Below, in pieces: positions 37,407-49,800 of a DNA stretch of 64,000 nucleotides. Source of the stretch: Bispira polyomma (taxonomy: Eukaryota); NCBI GenBank assembly GCA_965649765.1, contig OZ287751.1:67518001-67582000 (forward strand). Reading direction: 5' to 3'. Made by a program: the position numbers and the translations under genes. The notes beneath the pieces are model-generated. The model made no database searches. It was not told where the DNA came from and saw nothing but the letters and a program-made list of their open reading frames with translations. Each line of letters opens with the position of its first letter. Position 1 is the stretch's first letter.

Positions 37407-37850
37407 ATGGGAGCCGAGGTGACTAAGGTTGGGGACTATTCTGTGGAAAAAGAAGATCGCCAGAAACCCTTAGGCAGTGGGAGCTTTGGGGCTGTGTACA
37501 AGGGCAAGCATATCAAGAAGGGCTTCCTCGTAGCCATAAAACAGTGCATTGTACATAGCGATGAGCATGGCTCTATGGCCATGAAAGAAATCAAGAACTT
37601 TCAGAAAATCCCCCACCACAAACATATTGTCCGTATGTATGATTACGACTACCTGGAAAAGTCCTTCTGGATCGTGATGGAATACTGCGACCGTGGAGAT
37701 TTAGACAGATACATGAAGAAATACGTGCCCAATCTGGACAGGCAGCTGAAGATCATGTATCAGTGTGCGTGTGCCGTGAGCCATCTCCATAGCCAAGAGG
37801 AACCCATTGTCCACCGGGACATCAAGCCACAGAACATTCTGTTTAAAAAG
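37407..37850 (+). CDS. Copy B exon 1: kinase I-VIb
   Basis: ACCATGG; GSGSFG, VAIK, HRDIKPQN; AAG|gtcagt. Confidence 0.95.
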
Positions 37851-40800
37851 GTCAGTCTTTGTACCCATTTATTTAGATGTTATATTTACACATCTTCTAT
37901 TTTTAAATATTGTATTTTGCATTTTAACATGCCTTATCGATGAGAGGCATCTTCTAAAGCACAGCAACAGTAGTTAAGCCAGGATCTTTCTGATCACGAG
38001 AACAACTACACATATATTAAAACATAATACTATTTTCTCTATTTTTGTCAAAAACCTAGTTGCTTCTTCTTCTTAACATTATACAGGAGGACGGTAAGGA
38101 AGTGGTGAAAATTGCCGACTTTGGTTTGACCCGAGCGATGGAGAAAGGCACCAAAGGAGGGATGAATACACAGTCAGGAACACTCGCCTTTATGGCCCCC
38201 GAGATCTTCGCTGGAATGACCTACGACGAAAGTGTAGACACCTTTGCGATGGGACTTCTTTTCTTGGCAATGATCAATTTCAAGGCCACCGATGAAATTA
38301 TGTTCCCACTTGCAGGTATAGTTGGCTATTTGGTGCTGGCTGAAGCATCAAATTAATCTTATATTTATCTGCCATCATGGCCTAGTGGGTAAGACTCTAG
38401 GAACACAGAATACCTGGGTTTGATTACACCTTTGAGCGACCAGATACTGGCAGATACATAAAAACAGAAAAGCAATATTTACTAAAAATAGGACGTTTCA
38501 ATGTGTTATTTGACAAATTCAGTAGATTTAAAGTTTGGTTAAAGTTTGACGAAGACCAACACAAAACTGCCAGTCACCTGTACACCCTCCGAGACCTACT
38601 TGACAGGCAAGAATCAGTAAACAAAAGAAAAATTCCTCAACACTCCTCAATATGGCTGCCAAATGCCTCGAGCGTAAACTGGAATGCACTTGGCATCAAG
38701 ACATGTCCAGCATAACCCATAGCAGGTACCGCACCGCAGTAAATCACTATAATCATATGCTTAAACATTCCAAACATAGCCATTACACTAACCTTGTTAA
38801 TGAAAACTGCGATAACCCAAGGACCTTGTGGAACTCAATCAAAAAATTACTTCACAAATCCTCTATGGTTATACTACTTGACTGCAAATCAGTGATTGCT
38901 TTGGCATTGATAGCACCAGCCTTGGTTGGATCCAGTCCTTTTTAGAACGCAAACAAAAATTTCAATTGGTGATCAATTCTCGGAAGTTTTCTCACTCCAC
39001 CATGGTGTCCCACAAGGTTCTGTATTGGGCACTTTCCACTTCACTATATACAACATTGCCCTCATCAAATTCGTCTCTCAGTTTAATCTTACTCATCACC
39101 TGTATGCTGACGACAAACTTTGACTCAAGCATATCAGACTTGGCAAAATGCCTTGAGGCTGTGCAAAACTGGATGGGAAGTGTCAAGCTTAAACTCAACC
39201 CAGACTAAACTGAATTTATTACAATAGGCGACAAGGCTACCTGAGACGTTTGAAACAATTTTTCAGTCTCCTTGAAAATGACATGTCACCAGGAAGGCAA
39301 GCAAAGAACCTTGGTGTTAACTTATACAGTAGTGATGTTGCCAGTGTCTGTCAGGCCTGCTATTATCATTTATACAATCTGCACAGAATATGGTCACAGG
39401 TATGTCAGTCCTGAAACTGCGGTATAGGTGGCAAATGCCACGGTGAACAGTTGGTCGACTGGACTCTTTCAATTTCATGCTGTACGGTATTTGTAAGGTG
39501 AATATCACAATACTTCAAAGAATCTAAAATGCCTCTGCTGTATTGTGTACATGCTTGACAAATTCAGCCATGTCTCACCATACCTAAACAAACTCCACTG
39601 GCTACCTGTCGAACAGCGTATTTTTTTTAAATACAACCATCTTTTGTTCAAAGCTATAAAGCTGAACCAATCTCCATATTTGTCCTCATTCATCAACTCC
39701 TCAAGTAACTTTGGTAATCAGAGTGTTTTTCTTTCAAGTGGGCAATTTGGTTATTGTTTTTTTTTCAGCCAGTTCCATGGAAAAAGTAGAGTTATCCTCT
39801 GTTGGACAGGACATGCTGCAAGCAGCGCTTGGGAAGGAACCATCACCTACCATTGTGAAAATTATCGCAACTGACTCCGTAAAAATGAAGGCAATCAAGA
39901 AATTGATCAAAGACATTGTAAAATACGAACCCAAAGAGAGAATCAATATGACAGAAGTTGCTGAGAGATTGCGGAAAATTGCAGATGGTTTGTAGTAAAA
40001 TGGCTTACATCAGTAATTGTCATATATAATCTAATGTAATCAAAAATTTCTATCACCAAAATTTATGTCCAGGCATCCTCAAAAGAATATTATCCGTATT
40101 AACCAACAGCCTAGTCAGGTAAATAATGAGATTTGGAAGGAAAGTGTGGATACAGTGGATGTATGGTGACTGATTGTATTGTGTTATATAGTTTTAACAT
40201 GCATTATTAATGTGAGGCATGTTATAAAGCGCAACAGCCAAGTGAATCAACCAATGATGTGTGCCCAGATTGTCATCAGTGGGCAATGGCATGTTTCATT
40301 TAAAGTTTTATTAAATGTGAACAAACTAAGCTAAAACAGATATTTTGTGTAGAACCCCTGCTTTCTGAACTTGTGTTGCCTGAATATACATTTTCGCAAA
40401 TCTCATTTTCACTCTTCCATATTCGTAACTTCCTTTTTGCACTTTTTTATATCTATAGGGTATTTTATGAACTTTTTATTATTTAAGTGCAACTTTGCTC
40501 TCCCTACATCTTATGACATATTCCAAAAAAATTATTTAGATGTAAGTGGTTGGACATAGCCTAGTTGTTCGGAAGTTGGTCTGGCAATCAGAATGTCCCA
40601 GGTTCAGCACCCGGTTGGCGACTTGGTTTAGTGATATGAAGTTCAGCCCAGTTTGACTCCTGGTAACGTCATAATGGTTACTGCGGTGTAACATACTTTG
40701 GCAAGAAATGAATATGCCATTTTCTACTGATAATGACCAATTGGTATTATGATCACAATCAGTGGTTTATCAATCCTGATGTTGCATTTTGGAATGTGGT

Positions 40801-43800
40801 GGACAGAGGTCCACCACAAAGGTACAATGTATAATGTATTTTTACAGGATCTGCTGAACCTGGATCCATGGTATCTGGTACATCAGCCGCCAGAGCCAGA
40901 CTAAGTCTGTCCAATATGAGCCTGGCACAAACTAGAGAAGGTGATCTCATGTCTACGATGGGGGGTAGAGACTTGAAAACAGTTGTAGCCAGGAAACCAG
41001 AACTGCCGACAGTTCAGGATAAGGAGGATGAGTCTGAAGAAGAGGATGATGATGACGATGATGATGAATCAATGGAGGTAGATCTAGGTGAGTAAAATAA
41101 TTGCTAAAAGTTGTGGTGTAGAAGTGGATTTAACTGAGTAAAATAACTGATGAAAGTTATGGTGTAGAAATAGATCAAGTTAATGAAGTAACTGCTGAAA
41201 TGCTGAAGATAGGCAATAACATAGTCAGTTAGTATTATAAGAGAGAGGATGATGAATTGATCGAAGTAGATTTAGGGGAGTGAAATAACTGGTAAAGGTT
41301 GAGGTATAGGCAGTAACATAGTCACTCAGTAATATAACAGAGAGGATGATAAATCAATGCAAGTAGATCTAATTGAGTGAAAAAACGGATAAAGGGGTGG
41401 TGTAGGCAGTAAGCATAGTCATTCAGTATTGTAACAGAGAAGGTGATAAATAAATGGAAGTAGATCTACCTGAATGAAATAACGGATAAAGGGTTGGTGT
41501 AGGCAGTAAGCATAGTCACTTAGTAATGTAACAGAGAAGGTGATAAATAAATGGAAGTAGATCTATGTGAAAGAAATAACTGATAAAAGTTGTGGTACAG
41601 GGAGTTAACATAGTCACTTAGTAATATAACCGGGATGATGATAAATAAATGGAGGTAGATCGAGGTGAGTGAAACACTGATGCAATTTGTAGTACAGACA
41701 GTAAACATAGTCACTTAGTAATATAACAAAGACGATGATGAATCAATAGAAGTAGATTTAGGCGAGTGAAATAACTTATGAAGGTTGCCGTACAGGCAGT
41801 AACATGATCACTTAGTAATAACTAATACCAGCTGAGTTACAGTCAGTGGGAAATCGGGGAGGGAGGATGAACTCAATAGATAATACAAGTTGGTATAATA
41901 AATATTCTGGTCCTCTTATATATTAGATGTTACCAATTAATTATCTTTTACAAGTACAAATACATTGGAAAGAAATAATAGAGTGTATTTTTTACATTCT
42001 GCTAAAATACTTAGGATACCTTCTGATGAGGCGAATGTTAGAAGATGCTGTCCGAAAGAAAAAGGAAGAACAAATTCCAGGGGCTGCAGCGAGGGAAAGG
42101 GCTGAAGATGAGGCAGCCATGTTACCTTTACTAGCTCTCATGAAGTTAATGCAGAGTGACTCAGAGACTGGCTCCAAGGTATTTGTGGGAGTTTACTCCT
42201 TCTAAATCTGTACTGTGATTATGTTGTGTTATGCATTTTCTGTGTAAATGTGTGTGTGTAGGTTTATAGACTGATATCACCTATTTTGAAAGGTCTAATC
42301 TGACTTTACAATTTACATCCCAGCCTTGGTTCTTTCACTTGTCAACCAATTGTTTAGTCTCAGCTCACTAAGGAAGCATATTAACCATGCTCCCCCATAC
42401 AGCACACACAGACTGCTGACACCCATTAGCGCCCAGACTTAAGTCCAAAAAACATAAGCCAAGGTCATACATAAGGATCTGAGCTAGTACACGGGGGGGG
42501 GGGGGGAGCGGTGGGGGGAGAGGGGGGGGTGAAAAAGGGGGATTATGCCAGTTTGAAGAGGCAGGTTTTAAGCATTTTCCTGACCCAGAAAGTGTTTCAC
42601 GTGATCTACATATATATAGTGGTTATGTAGTGCATCATACAAGGATTTAGACATAAGCTGCGATTTAGGAGTGCAATGTTATAAAATAATGTATTGCACT
42701 TCTGGGTAATGAGGGGAGTATATATGTGTGCACAGACAAAAAAATGCATCATTACCGATAAAATATTTTAAGTCATCCTGCTTAAGTCAACCTGCTTAAA
42801 AATTAAGCTTAAGTCAACCTGCTTACATTAGTAGGTCTTATTACACCTCTGGCATAAAAACTTGTTTCAGCAATGCAGACCTGAAATTTCTCAAGGTGTC
42901 CCTATTTGACATAAGCGAGTACTGAAGTCAAACATTTGTATAAGTCGTTTTCCAACTTATGGCTTTTCAAAAGATGATGGGATTCTTTTCCCCATATAAT
43001 CTGACTGACCAGTTTACCGAGATTAAGAGACAAACCGTTGAATTAGATTAGATTGGCTATCATTTAGTAGTTGTTCTTTATTTATGCTCATTTGACGGGT
43101 ATTGATACTTGTGGAGCACCAGAAAGATTAAAATGCGTTTAATGTGCATAAAACATGAGTTTTTGTAGACAAACAGAATAAAGGAATACTCAACATTATT
43201 ATCATTATGAATTTTTAATGCGCTTTATTGATGCTAGGCATCTTCTAAAGCACAACAGCTAAATCATTAATCCAATCGTAAAGTCCATGGGCATAGCAAA
43301 GCCATAAGGAAAGAGGTGTGAGCATGTACGAGGGAAGCTAAGGTGGGTAGGCACGGTTAAAAAGATAAGTTTTAAAATTTTTCCTAAAACCGATGAGTAT
43401 ATCGACTGATCTGATGTCAACTGAGAGTTTGTTCCATAACAAGGGAGCTGCAATGGAGAATGCTCAGAATCCTGCCTTCCTGATGGGTCTGACCGAAGAA
43501 AGAGAGAGTCTGATGCTTCTCTTACGGCTACTGAAAGAGAGAAGAGAAGCAAGGTAGGAGGGCTGTTGAGTGACTACAGCCGTGAATCTTGAACAAAATA
43601 CGAGAGTAAATGGGCAGCCACTGTAATTTTTTGAGGTAAGGAGTGACGTCTGTGCGATAACCCAGGCGAAAAATAACCCTGCACAGGTAGTTTTAGATGG
43701 ACTTGAGCTTTTCGATCTGTGACTTGTTTACTTCAAACAGAAGAGAGTTGCAGTAGTCAAGGCAGCTGCTAACAAGGGCATTAGCCACCTGATCACTGTG

Positions 43801-46800
43801 TCCATTTACAGGTGTTTTTGTATTCTCTTGATGTCATGTATATGGTAATAGCAGGAGCGACAAATGTTAGCAACATGAGCGACAATATTATACCTAAAAC
43901 AAATTAACTGGCCAATATACCAACCAATATATCAAACTTTGTAGTGTGTAGTTTTCTCTGATCTTATGTTGATCAGACTTGGTTCGCCCTTTGGGAATGT
44001 CAGTGTCTTTTTTTACTTTATACCTGTGCATGCTCTGTAAAAGCAGTGAGTATAATGTTATTAATGTTGTTTTTTTGGTTTGCATAAATATAGGAATAAA
44101 ATATATGAATGAGTGTTTTATGTGCATTTTAAAAGATCGATGGGGTGGGTTTAATCAAAACTACCTTAGAGGTAGTTTATAATGCGCATAAAACACAAGT
44201 TTACATATTTTATTCCTATTCTAAAATAGTGAACCATTATTTTATTAACGAACAAAATTTTCTTACCTAATATGTACAAGCCATGGTCCCATGTTATGGC
44301 TGTTACATTATGTAGACACACATCGTAACTGAGTCGCAAAACAAAAGCCATTCAAATTTTCTGAGAAAACATACCTATAAGATAGGACATAATATCCATG
44401 CAAATTAAACCTCAAGTACATGAAAACACCAAAAACAGTAAAAAAAACAAACAATTTATTTGTAGAAATACAGAATAAAGGAATACTCATTTGACGGGTA
44501 TTGATACTTGTGGAGCACCAGAAAGATTTAAATGCGTTTAATGTGCATAAAACATGAGTTTTTGTAGACAAATAGAATAAAGGAATACTCAACATTATTA
44601 TTATTATGAATTTTTAACGCGCTTTATTGATGCTAGGCATCTTCTAAAGCTCTACAGCTTACAGTCGTAAGGAAGGAAGTGGGAGCATGCACGAGAGAAG
44701 CTAATGTGGGTAGGCTTGGTTAAAAAGATAGGTTTTAAGCTTTTCCCTAAAACCGATAAGTGTGTCAACTGATCTAAGGTCAACCGGGAGACTGTACCAT
44801 ACTAATGGAGCTGCAGTGGAATATGCTGATGGGTCTGAAGAGACTTGCAGTAGTCAAGGCGGCTGCTCACAAGGGCATTAGTCACAGTTATCGCTGTGTC
44901 CATTGAGAGGTGGTTTCGTATTATCTTGATGGAGCGTATATGGTATTAGCAGGAGCGACAGATGTTGGCAATATAAGTGTTGAACAAAAAAGCTGAATCG
45001 AAAGTGACACCCAGGTTTTTGGCATTTTTGAAAACTAGTATGTCTTTTCCCAGCAAGGAGATGGGAAACAAAGATTTTAAGAGTTCACTGTTTTTCTTGT
45101 TCCCTATGAGAATGAATTCTGTTTTATCCGGGTTAAGTTTTAGTTTGAAGTAGGTCATCCAAGCCTGGACAGCGGACAGACAGTCTGCAAGTAGTTCTAT
45201 ATTTTTATTTGCATTTTGTGGGTTGATGGAGAGATAGACTTGAGTGTCATCTGTATACATGTGGTGTTTTATATTATGATTATTGGTGACAGTGCTGAGA
45301 GGATGTGTATAAAGGGTGAAAAGTAGAGGGCCAAGGACGGATCCCTGGGATACTCTGTATGGTATGTTTATGGAAGATGATAGATGATCATCTAATTTAA
45401 TTCTTTGTGCTGTAAGAGTAAAGTAGGATCTGATTCATTTGAGGACACTGCCATTTATACCAAAGCACTGCTTGTGAGTGTTGTAGAGCAGGCCATGATC
45501 AATAGTGTCGAATGCTGCCAAGAGATCCAGAAGGGTACGGCCACTGTGTCATTGTGGTCCAGTGCAAGATTGCTGAAAGAAAAAAGGGCACTTTCTGTAG
45601 AGTGGAATTTTCTGTAAGCAGACTGGTGGCGATTTTCGATATTTTGTCTATTTAATTGGTCAGAAATTTGTTACTTTTAAGACGAAGCTGAGGTCATATG
45701 TACACAAAATGCTGTAAAAAGTCTTTTTATTTCCCCAAATTAAAAGTTATTGTGAAATGTCCTCTGGTAATTGTGTTTCCTTCAAAAATTTACTGGCTAC
45801 TTCTGAGCCCATAGATTTCTCCTAAGATACCATATTGTAATTATGGCATTTATTTTGATTCTCTTTTAAGCTTTCAGATAGGCTACATTTCTCAGTTTAG
45901 CTTAATTTCTCACATGATCCAATTTGTACCACTTTGACATCCTGAGAACTATTCTCGGATTTCCTATAACCATGCAAAGTATTGCTCATTTTTGAGGATC
46001 TTTATGACCGGTACTGATATTATATCATTCTGATTAAAGTTGGAGTGGGCTGTCTGTACTTGTTGTTGCACTAATACAGCGGTTAGTATAGAACTGGCTC
46101 AATCCTGCGGTTTCTGAAATGTCTTTCATTTTGTTTGAAATGGTATTAACTCAAACTGCTTTGTTGCAGTACCATATCAACTGGATTTCTAACTTTGTAC
46201 TTGATCACCCTCTGTCCTTTAATGGACATCAATAATGTCATAGCTCTTATACCAGGCTCCAGGAATGATCAGTTGTTTAAAGTAAAAAATAAAGGTGTCT
46301 GGGTTCCATTAAAAGATGTTGCTCTAAAGAAGCACTGTGCAAGGTGGTAGTAACAATGGTCTTAGAACCAGCCAAATACCCCTTTCACACCTTCCTGAGA
46401 ATGTTTCAAATTTGTTGCACTAGCTCACAAGCCTTTTTCAGCCTACTCCTAAACTTTGAGACATAATCTAACAGGTTTAGGCTCTCAGAGTTCTCAGATA
46501 ACCAATTTTCTTTCAACAACTTAAGAGGACCATGGACTGAATGACCAAACACCAACTCAAAGGGACTAAAGCCTAAAGACTCTTGCACTGATTCCCTTAC
46601 TGCAAACAATAAGTTGATGCCTTCATCCTAGTCTATCTCATTGTCTAAGCAATATATCCTAATCATATTTTTTAAAGTGGAATGGAATCTTTCAAGGGCA
46701 CCTTGTGATTCTGGATAATAAGCACTAGATTTGATCTGTTTGGCACCTAACTGAAACACGACTTGCTGAAATAATCCTGACATGAAATTTGACCCTTGAT

Positions 46801-49800
46801 CTGACTGGATCTCTTTCGGTAAGCCAACTAAAGTAAAGAAATTGACTAAAGCTTTCGAGATTTTCGGGGCTGTTATGTTGGTCAAAGGTATGGCTTCAGG
46901 GAATCTGGTTGAGGCACACGTAATGGTTCGGAGATATTGGTTTTTGGATTTAGTCTTTGGTAAGGGGTCTACACAATCAATTATCACCTTGCTGAATGGT
47001 TCCTCAAATGCTGGCATGGGTTTTAGAGGAGCTACAGGAATCTTTTGGTTTGGTTTTCCTACAACTTGACAAATGTGACAGTTTTACAAAATTCTGCCAC
47101 ACAAGGCTCTCAGAGTTCTCAGATAACCAATTTTCTTTCAACAACTTAAGAGGACCATGGACTGAATGACCAAACACCAACTCAAAGGGACTAAAGCCTA
47201 AAGACTCTTGCACTGATTCCCTTACTGCAAACAATAAGTTGATGCCTTCATCCTAGTCTATCTCATTGTCTAAGCAATATGTCCTAATCATATTTTTTAA
47301 AGTGGAATGGAATCTTTCAAGGGCACCTTGTGATTCTGGATAATAAGCACTAGATTTGATCTGTTTGGCACCTAACTGAAACACGACTTGCTGAAATAAT
47401 CCTGACATGAAATTTGACCCTTGATCTGACTGGATCTCTTTCGGTAAGCCAACTAAAGTAAAGAAATTGACTAAAGCTTTCGAGATTTTCGGGGCTGTTA
47501 TGTTGGTCAAAGGTATGGCTTCAGGGAATCTGGTTGAGGCACACGTAATGGTTCGGAGATATTGGTTTTTGGATTTAGTCTTTGGTAAGGGGTCTACACA
47601 ATCAATTATCACCTTGCTGAATGGTTCCTCAAATGCTGGCATGGGTTTTAGAGGAGCTACAGGAATCTTTTGGTTTGGTTTTCCTACAACTTGACAAATG
47701 TGACAGTTTTACAAAATTCTGCCACACAACGCCAGATTTGAGACCAGTAGAAATGCTTGGTTATTTCGCCATAGGTTTTATTGATGCCTAAATGGCCACC
47801 CATTGGAGACTCATGAGCTAACTTTAATACATCATTTTGGTACATTTTTGGTATTACAATCTAATGTAGTATTGACCAATTGTCAGATGTAGGGACATTT
47901 GGTGGCCTCAACTTTCGCATAAGCACACCATTTCTGACATAATAGAATACTGGGACCTTATCTAGCTCTACTGGTGGTAACACCAATTTGAATAGAGGGG
48001 CTAATTCAGGGTCATTTTCCTGCTCTACAATCAATTTTGATTTTGAGAGTGATACATCTGGATCATCAATTGGGTCTTGTGTCTCAGAATGTTTTCTGCC
48101 TTTAGGGTCAATATCACTATGATTTTGCACATCATGGTCACAGTTGTTTAAGAATGTATCTGATAAATCAATTAAGACATCTGTAGATTGTTTACAATCT
48201 TTTGGTTCTTCTTGGGCTTTTTAGCCATAGCTCAAGTCACAGCACAGGAAGGAAAGATACCAGGAATAACCTCTTCTAATTTCTCAGTGCTAACCAAAGT
48301 GATCGGCCTAGAAGTAACCTTAGGATGAGCAACCACCTTGCCACCTACCAAATCGTTTCTCAGCAGCAAAGACACCCCTTTAATGGGTAAAGTGGGCCTG
48401 GTACCCACCACAACTGAACCAGTAACTAAGTCTGATACTAAGTTAACCTCATGTAGGGGAATATTCACACAACCTCCTTCAATACCTTGAGCAATAACAC
48501 TCTCACCAGTAAAAGTGCTTACACTCAATGGCAATACACCTTCTAAACGTAGTGACTGAGTAGCCCCAGTGTCTCTTAATATCTTAATGGGAACTTGACT
48601 GGAACTACTTTTAAGGATACAAAACCCTCAGGTTTGAACTCTTCCCTAATATTAGACTTGTCTAAACCAATACTAGATTCTGCTCTATTGGAATTTGAAC
48701 GCCAATTAGATTTGCTAGAAATAAAGGCATTAGGTGTTGCCTCCTTTTCTCTCCTTTTCTTTAAGAGCCAACAGTTAGACATAACATGCCCAGGTTTTTT
48801 ACAGTAATGGCACACAGGAGCAAAGGACCTAGGTTTCCTATCCTTACTCATTGTCTGATTTGTTGTTTGAAACTTATCTGAACTCTTTTCTGGAGCTAAA
48901 TTTTCCAATTTCTTTCCTACTTCAGGATAAAATTTCTTTGTGGGACCAGACGATTTATTCTTGTTAAAAGTGGACTTGTGAGTCAGCGCATAATCATCAG
49001 CATAAGCTGCTGGTTTTTGCAAATTTTCTACTTTTTGTTCATCCAGATAGGTTTTAATGTCATCACGAACACCACTTTTGAACTCCTCAATTAAAATGAC
49101 TTGCCTAAACTTTTCAAAGTCTGTACCAACCTCTCTAGAATTACACCATCTGTCAAAGTACACTTCTTTTTCATGGGCAAATTCAATATAAGTTTGATTT
49201 TCTTGCTTACGGTAATTTCTGAATTTTTGACGATATGCTTCTGGTACCAACTCATCAAAATAGCATTTTTCACACAGTCATAGTCTTTACATTCAGAAAT
49301 TGGCAAAGCTGTATATGCCTCTTGGGCTTTGCCTTTGTTTTGTTTGCAGCAATAAAGGCCACTGGTTTGTGGGCCATTTGAAATTTTGAGCCATTTGTTC
49401 AAAGTGTTGAAAATATTTATCAACTTCCGACTCGTTGAAAGGTGGTACCAGTCGCATATTTTTACCCAAATCAAATTTGGTTGCCATGGACTCTTCGTAG
49501 GCAATTCGGAGAGCATTGAGTTCCAAAGCTTTCATTTCCCTTTCATGTTTAAGCTCAAGTTCTTTTTCATATTTTGAGCTTCGAGCTCTTCTTTTCGTCT
49601 TTGAGTCTCAAGCTCTTCTATTCGTGCCTCAAGCTGTTCTTTTTGCCGTTGAGCTTCAAGCTCTTCTTTTCGCTGTTGAGCTTCAAGCTCTTTAAGTTTT
49701 AGATCTCTTTCAATTTCTAATCGCCTGATCTCAAATTGTCCAGAAGGTTCAACAATAAGCCTTTTAAGTTCATGTTTACCTTTTCACCTCTAACGGTAAT

